Source: a virus (taxonomy: Duplodnaviria > Caudoviricetes). From it: DNA of 33,867 nucleotides. Both the position numbers and the translations under genes were made by a program. This document shows, piece after piece, positions 8,916-17,501 of this stretch (the first letter of the stretch is position 1; every line of letters begins with the position of its first letter). Below the pieces are notes generated by a model that was not told the DNA's origin, searched no databases, and saw only the letters and a program-made list of their open reading frames with translations. The stretch is taken from IMG/VR virus record IMGVR_UViG_3300042808_000115, positions 1 to 33,867 of that record. One strand, written 5' to 3'.

Positions 8916-9404
8916 ATGTCATGCGAAATTAAGATGCACATCATTCCTGACAATCTGACTGTTGAAGATATCAGGGTGTTTAAATCTAATGAATGTGGTT
9001 CCCGGTGGTTTGGATACTGTAGAGGAGATCAGGATGATTATAACGCTAACATCATGATAACCTCGTTTGGTAACATAAAGGAGCACCAGTACCTTATTGA
9101 TCACCCAGACGAGATGTCACCAGAACAGAAACGGTTTTACAACATGTTTCAGCGTGACCGGGATCCTACATATGATGATACCTTTACAAAGATCGACACG
9201 TCAGACTTGTCTACGTATGATCTATGGGAATATACGTGGAATAATCCAGCATGGGTAGAACAGATACTGGATATATGTGATGACATACCTGAGATCACGT
9301 TCAGTCTTATACGAGACCTCTATGAGATATGTCCGAACGATGAACCTATGAATGCATTCCTGTGTAATAATATGGGGAAACGGTTGTTTACAGTGGCGTG
9401 GTAA
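8916..9404 (+). CDS. Hypothetical protein
   Basis: 162-aa ORF with TATA-like sequence upstream. Confidence 0.7.
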   Translation: MSCEIKMHIIPDNLTVEDIRVFKSNECGSRWFGYCRGDQDDYNANIMITSFGNIKEHQYLIDHPDEMSPEQKRFYNMFQRDRDPTYDDTFTKIDTSDLSTYDLWEYTWNNPAWVEQILDICDDIPEITFSLIRDLYEICPNDEPMNAFLCNNMGKRLFTVAW

Positions 9405-9416
9405 AAAGAATCTAAA

Positions 9417-10421
9417 TTATTTTAATTGTATCTTTCTCCCTTCTCCCTGATAATAATCATACTTGTGAGGGATGAACATTTCCATAGTATTCTTATCGAT
9501 GTTCATGAGGTCCCGGACATTCGTTGATGAGATGAAGTCTTTATCGGTTTTATAATATACCGTAGGTATAGATAACCCCAAATATTGGTTCATGTTGTAC
9601 ATCTTGGACTCATACGTGAGATCATACCCATCCCGTAACCCTCGTATCATGGTGAAGCTGGCATATGTCATGATCTTCATAAGATGATTAATAAGTAATC
9701 CATCAAACGCGATAATCTCATGGAACGGTAATGTATTCCGTATCAGTGCATCACCATCTGGTCCCAGTGTGGGATGCATAATGATCACCTTATCAAAATC
9801 CCGTTCGGCCTGTTCCAATATTGACATATGGCCGATGTGAAATGGATTGAACGACCCAGTAAATACACCTATTCGCGGTGTAAATGATTTGATCCAGTTT
9901 GTATACCATATATACGTATCTATATCAATGTAATCCTTTAGAATACGTATGACATTCAGATTATTTTCTTGAAATACCGGGTAAGATACAAACTGAAACT
10001 CCTGCATGATACTGATGAAGTTGCTCATAAGAAGATGCTTGCGCTCTCTGAAATCCATGAGATCAAGATATCTCATTAAATGAACAAGTCGCTTCATTTC
10101 AGGTTTAATATCACTATTGTACGTAGATATTGCAGTGTTCTGTATCATATTTACAATAATATGTCTAGTATTTACATTGATATAATCAACACGTCTCTTA
10201 ATAACTTCAACTGCCGAAGCCTCTTCGTTATTATTAGCGTATGGATCATAGATCACATCATGGTATACTATTGCATATTTAAGACAGGTATACTCCATTT
10301 CAGTAAGATCTTCTTCTGTACGCAGTGATTCCAATCGCTTAAGCATACTGATGATATGATCAATACCATGATATTTCCTGTGTAATTCACGGTATTCTGA
10401 TGGTAAATCCCAGAGTTTCAT
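9417..10421 (-). CDS. HD-hydrolase fused to bacterial CoaD-like (phosphopantetheine adenylyltransferase-like) nucleotidyltransferase
   Basis: N-term RKYHGIDHI...YHDVIYDP...NEEASA; C-term GSFNPFHIGH, IRGLRD..D..YE, ISST.VRD; GGAG before ATG 10421. Confidence 0.85.
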   Translation of the reverse strand: MKLWDLPSEYRELHRKYHGIDHIISMLKRLESLRTEEDLTEMEYTCLKYAIVYHDVIYDPYANNNEEASAVEVIKRRVDYINVNTRHIIVNMIQNTAISTYNSDIKPEMKRLVHLMRYLDLMDFRERKHLLMSNFISIMQEFQFVSYPVFQENNLNVIRILKDYIDIDTYIWYTNWIKSFTPRIGVFTGSFNPFHIGHMSILEQAERDFDKVIIMHPTLGPDGDALIRNTLPFHEIIAFDGLLINHLMKIMTYASFTMIRGLRDGYDLTYESKMYNMNQYLGLSIPTVYYKTDKDFISSTNVRDLMNIDKNTMEMFIPHKYDYYQGEGRKIQLK

Positions 10422-10433
10422 TGATATCTCCAA

Positions 10434-10643
10434 TTAGTAACCTTTTACATCAGCATCCACTATATCAGCTTCAACTACAGTAATGTACCGCTGGTATGAT
10501 TTATCTCTTCCGTTTATCGTATTGATCGTCTGTGCAACTGCAAGTTTTCGGTTTCTCTCTTGGTTTGATGTGAGATCATCATAAAACTCTTCAACATGCT
10601 CATCAGGGATCTCAACAATCATATCAACTTTTAGAAATGCCAT
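10434..10643 (-). CDS. Hypothetical protein
   Basis: Co-oriented directly upstream of HD-CoaD; start ATG 10643 or GTG 10652. Confidence 0.6.
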   Translation of the reverse strand: MAFLKVDMIVEIPDEHVEEFYDDLTSNQERNRKLAVAQTINTINGRDKSYQRYITVVEADIVDADVKGY

Positions 10644-10657
10644 TTGATTCACGCTCT

Positions 10658-10700
10658 TGTGAAGTAGAACATAACCGGTGGGGATCAGATCTACTTCACA
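10658..10700. repeat. Perfect 11-bp inverted repeat (5' leader hairpin of the minus-strand operon)
   Basis: TGTGAAGTAGA (10658-10668) / TCTACTTCACA (10690-10700). Confidence 0.75.
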
Positions 10701-10797
10701 CTATAGTGTCAACGTTAATACAAATAAATGTTATGGTTAGTGTATAGTTGTTAACTTCTTCTCTTTGTTCAAGAGTGGACGCCACGTCAACGCCATA

Positions 10798-10842
10798 ACT
10801 TCCGGGGTGAATATACAACATCCGGGGTGACTTCCGGGGTAA
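10798..10842. repeat. Three direct repeats ACWTCCGGGGTRA
   Basis: Copies at 10798, 10818 and 10830 in a divergent intergenic region. Confidence 0.8.
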
Positions 10843-10879
10843 CACATTGTTTTATATACTCTACATACAAATAATATGT

Positions 10880-11266
10880 ATGGTTTTTACACCAAAACCC
10901 ATTAACTGGGATAAATTAGCGGATCCTTTGGCAGTAGCTGGATTCGGTGAAGTATACTTTGCAAACGATGAGAAGTATTACGGTATCAAACTCCTTGTTG
11001 ATGGTAGGCTTAATGCGCTTAGCTGGAAAGAGAATCCACTCTGGATGAAGGCCATCACCAAGACCGACCCAAAATATAAGTTTGATGGCGAGTTCCTCAA
11101 GAAACACAACAGTGTTGAAAACGAACCGTTCTTCTTTGATCTTGATCCTGACTATACCGGAGTTGTTCAGCTCGGACGAAAGGATACCAAAGAGAAGGTC
11201 TTCTTCCATATCAAGGACCGTGAGATCACTATCATCGACTCTTCAGAAGTTACAGACCTTCTGTAA
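10880..11266 (+). CDS. Hypothetical protein (start revised to ATG 10880)
   Basis: TTTATATA at 10851-10858 precedes the ATG; well-biased codons. Confidence 0.7.
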   Translation: MVFTPKPINWDKLADPLAVAGFGEVYFANDEKYYGIKLLVDGRLNALSWKENPLWMKAITKTDPKYKFDGEFLKKHNSVENEPFFFDLDPDYTGVVQLGRKDTKEKVFFHIKDREITIIDSSEVTDLL

Positions 11267-11298
11267 CATTTATCTCCTTTTCTCTTCATACTATATGT

Positions 11299-12060
11299 AT
11301 GGAGTTTGTCAAAAACCCTAAACTTGAGGGTAGTAGAATCTGGGATTGTAGACCTCAAACCGGTTTATGCCCACACAAGTGTAATCAATGCTTTTACAAC
11401 CGACCGAATGCTTTCTATACAGACATCAATTCGCCATCTATTCCAGATCCAGAAGAGGTTGGAGATGATATTGTCAGGATGAACTGTGGTCACGACTCGA
11501 ACATCAACTGGGAACTGGTCATTCAAACTGCGGTGAACTATAAGAACTACTTCTTCAATACGTCGATCCAGAATCTTGACTTCCCAGGACCAGTGGTGCT
11601 TACTGCAAACCCAAAAGAGGAGGAGGAGATAAACATGTGGAGGAACCTTCTATTCAAAGATAATCTTATGTTCTTCCGCGTTAGGGTATCACCAACAAAT
11701 TATAAGTTTGTTGAAGAGTTTATCGACTATATAAGCGGATCCGGCAAACCTGTAGTACTGACGATCATGTCATACTATGATCAGATTCCACCCGGTGTTA
11801 CAGATGATGGATATCTGACAGAAGACCTTCAGAAGATATATGATTTTACCGGGAAGGCATATGAGTGGAAGGTACGCCATATCAACTCATACTGGTGTCC
11901 AACACCCGGTATGATCAAAGCATATGTCAGACGATATTTTACAGTAAATCATATGACCTATCTGTGTGGAACTGCAGATTCTGGATGGTGTAAGGATTGT
12001 GGGAACTGTGAATTGTTCTATAGGCTCACTATGAAAGATATGGAACTTGCAAATTATTGA
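11299..12060 (+). CDS. Radical SAM-like Fe-S protein
   Basis: CPHKCNQCF (CX3CX2C plus aromatic) near N-terminus; second Cys cluster CKDCGNC at C-terminus. Confidence 0.7.
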   Translation: MEFVKNPKLEGSRIWDCRPQTGLCPHKCNQCFYNRPNAFYTDINSPSIPDPEEVGDDIVRMNCGHDSNINWELVIQTAVNYKNYFFNTSIQNLDFPGPVVLTANPKEEEEINMWRNLLFKDNLMFFRVRVSPTNYKFVEEFIDYISGSGKPVVLTIMSYYDQIPPGVTDDGYLTEDLQKIYDFTGKAYEWKVRHINSYWCPTPGMIKAYVRRYFTVNHMTYLCGTADSGWCKDCGNCELFYRLTMKDMELANY

Positions 12061-12159
12061 TATACACTTATATCGTTGAGGAGTAGAGTATCATTTGTTT
12101 ATCTCCTCCTCGTTTCTTGATCTATCTTTTTATACCGACATCCTAAATTATGTATTATT

Positions 12160-12609
12160 ATGACATTCATGGATGACATTAAGGGTGTTTCAGCAGGAGT
12201 TGCTGGAAATGCTGCTGGTATAGCAGCCGGGGTTATAGCTGATACTAACCTCGATGCAATGTTCAAGGCTCTTACCTTCAAGCGTGCCGCTGATGTCGCT
12301 ACTACAGCAAATCTCACTCTTGCAACCGGACTTGTTGCAGGTCAAACCGTAGACAGTATTACTCTTACTGCAGGAATGCGTGTTCTTGTAAAAGATCAGA
12401 CTACTGCATCACAAAATGGGGTTTACATTGTAGGTACAGGCGCTCCAACCCGTGCAACTGACTTTGATGAGTCTTCAGAGATATCAGGAGCCTTTGTTCC
12501 GGTTCTCCAGGGAACTGCCGGAGCCATGAAACTGTTTCAGTGTACCAGTGTAGGCGTTACAGTCGGTACTGGTAATATTGCATTTGCAGCCCGTGCATTT
12601 ACCGCATAG
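12160..12609 (+). CDS. Stand-alone fibre/decoration-type domain protein
   Basis: ATTANLTL...QTVD...AGMRVLVKDQTTASQNGVY...TRATDFD module common in phage fibre proteins. Confidence 0.75.
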   Translation: MTFMDDIKGVSAGVAGNAAGIAAGVIADTNLDAMFKALTFKRAADVATTANLTLATGLVAGQTVDSITLTAGMRVLVKDQTTASQNGVYIVGTGAPTRATDFDESSEISGAFVPVLQGTAGAMKLFQCTSVGVTVGTGNIAFAARAFTA

Positions 12610-12766
12610 GCACTGATCGTTGATCAAATAAACTCATTTTATTAATTTTTTGAGCAACAGCACGTTTTGTCCTGTTTAAAACCGCTGCGATCTCCGGGCA
12701 TGTTGCAGATGTCGTGCAGTACAACGTCTTAAGTGTGGCTACATCCTGATCTGACCATTCCTTCAT
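12599..12766 (-). CDS. Small Myb/SANT-like HTH protein (55 aa); not in the ORF track
   Basis: Manual translation MKEWSDQDVATLKTLYCTTSATCPEIAAVLNRTKRAVAQKINKMSLFDQRSVPMR*. Confidence 0.7.
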   Translation of the reverse strand: MKEWSDQDVATLKTLYCTTSATCPEIAAVLNRTKRAVAQKINKMSLFDQRSVPMR

Positions 12767-12805
12767 ACAAAATAATTGGATGTTTGGATAGAAATATGTT
12801 TTGGA

Positions 12806-13342
12806 TCAGACAGAGGTAATAGTGATACTTCTCTGGCCGAGTGATGATGTAACCATAAGGATGTATGCATCATCAGATGGAAATACATTCAACATAATAT
12901 CTTCGGGTAATTTGTATGGGAACCCTGTATATGTTATATTTCTACTCAGATAGTTGGTGATCTTCTCGATCAACGCAGCCTTCACTTCAGGTGTACTGCA
13001 TGTGATCCGGGATGTGCGGTTGTTTGTTGCTGCAGCATATGCGATATGAATCCACCGTGGATCATCTACATTCTTGATGGTATAGTCTTTTGTGATTGAT
13101 ACCGGAACACCATCATGAGGTAACTGTTCATCCCACCAGGGGCTGGCATTCATGGTATCGACATGGTTACATTTTGTAACAAGAGATAACTCATGAATCT
13201 TATTCAGAAGGAAGTCTTCTACATCGGTTGGTGACCTGCCAAACTTCTTTACAAACTCGATAATGAGTTCTTTACAGTTCAGCTCATCACAGTCGCTCTT
13301 TGGATCTGGCATCAACTTTCCAGATACAAACTGTTCTACCAT
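12806..13342 (-). CDS. Hypothetical protein
   Basis: 178-aa ORF with no competing frame. Confidence 0.65.
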   Translation of the reverse strand: MVEQFVSGKLMPDPKSDCDELNCKELIIEFVKKFGRSPTDVEDFLLNKIHELSLVTKCNHVDTMNASPWWDEQLPHDGVPVSITKDYTIKNVDDPRWIHIAYAAATNNRTSRITCSTPEVKAALIEKITNYLSRNITYTGFPYKLPEDIMLNVFPSDDAYILMVTSSLGQRSITITSV

Positions 13343-13450
13343 GTATATACATTATACAGGAGGATAGTTAAAGATATCGAATGTTTCAGTTACAACAAAA
13401 TAATTATATAAAATAGATTTAAATATGTGGTTCCTTGTTAACCAATAAAA

Positions 13451-14296
13451 TTAAACTTTTGCATAAGATTGACTCTTTTTCATAATGCCCTGGAATAGAG
13501 TGTATGTATCCTGCTGAATGTCCACCAGTCTCTTCAGGTTCTGTTCGATGGTATCAAGTCTTGTAGCAAGCAGTGCAGACCGTGAGTTTGAGCAGACAAC
13601 TGCCTTGTTAATCTCCTCGATCTGATGTGATATAGCCTGTGCCAGTGCAAACTGATTATTGGCTATTGCTACCGAGTCTGCCATTACCGGTTCCTGTTCA
13701 ACATGGTTCAGTACAACGGTCTTTCCATCATTCTGACAGTGGATACATACCGATCCAGACACACCCCAGTTCATGGCATCAAACTCATTTGCCTGGAGGA
13801 TGGCATGACATGATGTGCAATACCATTCACCTTCATCCATTCCTTTGATATATTCAACCAGTTTATTTCGTGGTTGATCATCCGGGCTTACCCGCACAAC
13901 CTTATGCTCACGGAGCAGTCCGTTTATCGTATACTTTACCTGAGATACTAGAGGCTCTTCCTTTTCTGCTCCGATGATATCGAACACGTCATTGATAGTG
14001 AACACTTCCCTATCAGGAAGACATTCATATAGTTCAGATTTCGATGCAGCACGGTTCCCGCGTGGGTACTGTGGTATAGATTCACGTTTTATCTTGAGTA
14101 GTTCGCCAATCCCTGTCTTTGTAAGCGTATATCTGTCATCGTTGTTCTGCACTACCATATTGTAGCGTTTCATGCGATACAGTTCTGATTTTACGGTATT
14201 CTCTTTTCCACCAATCTCACGGTAGATCTCATGCATTGTTTTGTTTTCAAGCTCCAATGAACACAGAATGTTCTCAATCACGGTCATATACAACAC
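13451..14296 (-). CDS. Winged-HTH DNA-binding protein with zinc ribbon and coiled coil
   Basis: EIYREIGGKENTVKSELYRM...RYTLTKTG wHTH; CTSC...CIHC; C-terminal heptads. Confidence 0.7.
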   Translation of the reverse strand: MLYMTVIENILCSLELENKTMHEIYREIGGKENTVKSELYRMKRYNMVVQNNDDRYTLTKTGIGELLKIKRESIPQYPRGNRAASKSELYECLPDREVFTINDVFDIIGAEKEEPLVSQVKYTINGLLREHKVVRVSPDDQPRNKLVEYIKGMDEGEWYCTSCHAILQANEFDAMNWGVSGSVCIHCQNDGKTVVLNHVEQEPVMADSVAIANNQFALAQAISHQIEEINKAVVCSNSRSALLATRLDTIEQNLKRLVDIQQDTYTLFQGIMKKSQSYAKV

Positions 14297-14368
14297 AATT
14301 ATATTCGAAATATAATAAATGTAACGGCTCTGACAACTATTTTTAATACAAAACTACGATTAATCTAT

Positions 14369-15508
14369 ATGTATATTGATGTGCGCAAAAAGATCATGCT
14401 CGATCTCTATAGAGTATACATCACTAATACGCCAGATAAAGTACCAAAAGGTGCAAATGTGCAGACTACTCCACGTGGCGCGAAGTACTATGAGACAGAT
14501 GATATTGTGCGATCAGATCCTGGTCAGTCATCATTTGAGCATTTTACAAAAGCGACCAATCCAAAGCCTGCAGACTTTGACTTCAATACCATAACCCCTC
14601 ATCTTGAGGCGTATACCAATATCAGCAATCAGATGGCTCCCCTTTTTGCAAGACGTAAAGAGTTGAATGGTCAACTTGAAGTGTTAATGAATCAACTTGA
14701 AGAACTCAAGAGGATCAAGGGTAACGTGAAAGACAGAAATAAGGTGAGGAAAGAGTCTGAAAACATTATGCGTGAACTTGACTGGAATGTCAATGATGTC
14801 ATTAATAAACTTGAGAGGCAAAAGCATGAAGCGTTAAAACCGGTGTATGATCAGATATTCAACCATATTAATACAGGTGTAGAAAATCAGCCGAGTCAGA
14901 TTATGCAGTCGTTCAGTACTCCTAAAGATATGTCTATTCTTCAGAAGTACTTCCCTAATGTGCCTGACCAGTCGTTTGAGCATAATTTAGCAGCAGAACA
15001 TCTGTATGAGAGTATTGAACCTGCTACAGAATGGTTTACTGAACTTACAAAAGGTATTCCTCAAACAGGACCGACATATTTGTATCCTCTTCCTCCTCGT
15101 CGTGGGTTTATGGCAAAGAATGATGATGGAACTCATTTTGTGCTTCTCGCCTTTAGCTGGGCAGCCGGTCATCATACGTTTGCCAAATCCTGTGTGCATG
15201 AATTAGGCCATGTACTTGAGAAGTCCGGGAATATCAAACAGCAATGTATTGACTTCTTAAACAGGCGGACACAAGGAGAGGAACTCGTAAAATTATCAGA
15301 TGTGACCGGTCGTAATTATAAAGAAGAGATGTGTAAACCTGATCACTTCCCTGATCCATACTGTGGAAAGATTTATGATGGAACAGATGCAACTGAAATA
15401 CTATCCATGGGTCTTCAATATCTGTATGATGATCCGGTGAAGTTCCATGAGAAGGATCCTGATTACTTCAACTTCATCATCAACACATTAAAAGGAGCAA
15501 AACAATGA
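14369..15508 (+). CDS. Zincin metallopeptidase-domain protein with DL leader and shared module
   Basis: HELGHVLE (HExxH) and downstream TEILSMG; N-terminus MYIDVRKKIMLDL-YRVY...VPKGANVQTTPRGAKYY. Confidence 0.8.
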   Translation: MYIDVRKKIMLDLYRVYITNTPDKVPKGANVQTTPRGAKYYETDDIVRSDPGQSSFEHFTKATNPKPADFDFNTITPHLEAYTNISNQMAPLFARRKELNGQLEVLMNQLEELKRIKGNVKDRNKVRKESENIMRELDWNVNDVINKLERQKHEALKPVYDQIFNHINTGVENQPSQIMQSFSTPKDMSILQKYFPNVPDQSFEHNLAAEHLYESIEPATEWFTELTKGIPQTGPTYLYPLPPRRGFMAKNDDGTHFVLLAFSWAAGHHTFAKSCVHELGHVLEKSGNIKQQCIDFLNRRTQGEELVKLSDVTGRNYKEEMCKPDHFPDPYCGKIYDGTDATEILSMGLQYLYDDPVKFHEKDPDYFNFIINTLKGAKQ

Positions 15509-15750
15509 GACTCACTATTGACGGGTTATTAGCCGAGTACAATCATGATCTCGGGTGGGTCTGTTCTGACGATGTTATCAGGGTGCAACTTCAGTTATAT
15601 ACCACACTTGCAGCGCAGTATGGCACATGGGAACCTATACCAAAAGACATAGACCAGGATATCATGGATAAGGTGACATTGAAGATGGAATCATTGGGGT
15701 ATAAGGTCACCCAGTCACCAGAGACCGAATATAATCTACCAGAACAGTAA
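15505..15750 (+). CDS. Small acidic protein coupled to the peptidase gene (possible immunity/partner)
   Basis: ATGA overlap and GGAG RBS. Confidence 0.6.
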   Translation: MRLTIDGLLAEYNHDLGWVCSDDVIRVQLQLYTTLAAQYGTWEPIPKDIDQDIMDKVTLKMESLGYKVTQSPETEYNLPEQ

Positions 15751-16156
15751 CAACCGATGCAAATATTGTCCCTGCGATACCACCTATCAACCCTATTTTG
15801 ATCTGAAGTTCTTTCAGCTGGAGTTCATGAGCGTGGTCACTCTCGCGTCGTCGTGTCTCTGCATCATTGATCATGGTGGTAAGCGTGTTATTGAGAGCGC
15901 CTATTGTGGACTCTATCGTTGATACATGATCCCGTATACCGTTCAGGTCATCACGCAGCATCGAGATGTCTTCTCTGGTGATGGTACCATTCTGTCTGAT
16001 ATCACTGTCAAGACGTGATATGTTGATCTCTACCCGGTGTTCTAGTCTTGCAAGAGCTCCCTGGAGCGTCTCTATCTCCCTGAGGTACATATTCAGGAGA
16101 TCTCGAAGTGTAATACCGAGCGTATTAATCTCTAACGGGGTGTTTAAATCAGTCAT
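15707..16156 (-). CDS. Coiled-coil protein with C-terminal transmembrane helix (holin/XhlA-like architecture)
   Basis: Long heptad region then IGLIGGIAGTIFASVVTVLV; GGAGG RBS; ATGA overlap with the PAS gene. Confidence 0.65.
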   Translation of the reverse strand: MTDLNTPLEINTLGITLRDLLNMYLREIETLQGALARLEHRVEINISRLDSDIRQNGTITREDISMLRDDLNGIRDHVSTIESTIGALNNTLTTMINDAETRRRESDHAHELQLKELQIKIGLIGGIAGTIFASVVTVLVDYIRSLVTG

Positions 16157-17466
16157 GATGTACCTCCTATATCTTTAAACGGAAGACCGATACCACAACC
16201 TATAATTCCTATAGGTTCTCCATTCACGTCACGATGCAGGGTTTTTATGATGAGTGTGGGCTGGGCAGTCATATTTCTATCACACACATTATGATTGAAC
16301 TGGATGCTCTCTTCGGTGAATAACCGCTGTTCTTCTTTTAACAAGTAATCTGCATCTTCAGGGAAGAGATCATAGGTGGTTTTTCCTATGATGTAACTCT
16401 TGGATGCACCATAAAACTCGGCAAATTTATTGTTACAGTTGATGAACGTCCCGTTTAGATCTTTGTAAAATACCGGTATGGGAAGGTTCTCAAGGAGTGC
16501 TTCAAGGTAGTTCTTCTGGTTTGTGATCTTGTTCTGCAGACTTTTCTCTACTGTAACATCACGGCCTGATCCCACGATCCCTATGAGATCTGTACCAAGG
16601 TATAAGGGTGTCTTCCAGACATCGAGCCATAAGAACTCACCCTTAACGTTACCAAACTCCTGAAACCGCTGTGCCTGTTCTGTCTTTAAGATGATATCGT
16701 CGCTATCCTGACACATCTCACCGAATGTATGATATGCCTCATTATCAGGGTGGTTCTGTCGTTCACGTTCAGCAAAGTATATATCGTTCTTTCCTACAGG
16801 CTCTCTGGTGTTTGATGCATTTAATAACCGTTCTGCGATAGATTTATTTGTAAATATATAGTTTTTATTGATGTCTTTTGCCCATATCATATCAGGCACG
16901 TTATCACACATGGCCCTGATCAGAATATTCTGATAGATGATAGAGTCTATCTGCTGCCTGAGACTGTCTTCGGTTGATTTTAACTGCTCTAATGCGATCT
17001 CAAGTTCCAAGTTCTTCGTATTCAGTTCATTCTCATACTCTATCCGTTCGGTCATATCTCTTGCAACACAGACATATGCCGGTATTCCGTCCCATTCAAA
17101 CTGTGAGATATTGGTTACAACCGGGATCTCATTCTTGTCTGACTTCAGGAGAGGAATCTCACATTTGTTGTTTGTAAGACATGCCTCGATATCATCAACC
17201 CACTTCTCATGGTGGAGATCATATACGGTGAGTTTGCGAATGGCAGGTATTGAGTATCCAAGCGCATTCAATGCCGCCTGGTTTGCATCAAGTATGGTGT
17301 ATGGGGGATCTGCCTGTATAATGAGGATAAAATCAGTAATATGGCGCAGCAATGTCTTAAGATTCTGTTCACTCTCCCTGACAGCATCATCATTCTGAAT
17401 AAATGCTTCAGAATACCGTTTTAACTCAGTCAGATCCATTGCTACTATGTGGTGATTTATATACAT
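16153..17466 (-). CDS. Triple PAS-domain protein without output domain
   Basis: Three PAS/PAC repeats (ANQAALNALGYS...VARDMTER; PDMIWAKD...GRDVT; PIPVFYKDLNG..CN..F...G); ends right after the third; start may be ATG 17439. Confidence 0.88.
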   Translation of the reverse strand: MYINHHIVAMDLTELKRYSEAFIQNDDAVRESEQNLKTLLRHITDFILIIQADPPYTILDANQAALNALGYSIPAIRKLTVYDLHHEKWVDDIEACLTNNKCEIPLLKSDKNEIPVVTNISQFEWDGIPAYVCVARDMTERIEYENELNTKNLELEIALEQLKSTEDSLRQQIDSIIYQNILIRAMCDNVPDMIWAKDINKNYIFTNKSIAERLLNASNTREPVGKNDIYFAERERQNHPDNEAYHTFGEMCQDSDDIILKTEQAQRFQEFGNVKGEFLWLDVWKTPLYLGTDLIGIVGSGRDVTVEKSLQNKITNQKNYLEALLENLPIPVFYKDLNGTFINCNNKFAEFYGASKSYIIGKTTYDLFPEDADYLLKEEQRLFTEESIQFNHNVCDRNMTAQPTLIIKTLHRDVNGEPIGIIGCGIGLPFKDIGGTS

Positions 17467-17501
17467 AAATAGGATAGTTAAATATACTATTAATTTGTTA
17501 C

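Noticed and set aside
10798-10842. Repeats as a mini-CRISPR array or archaeal ORB elements
   Set aside because: Repeats are 13 nt with spacers of 7 nt or less, and they do not match the ORB consensus beyond a G run
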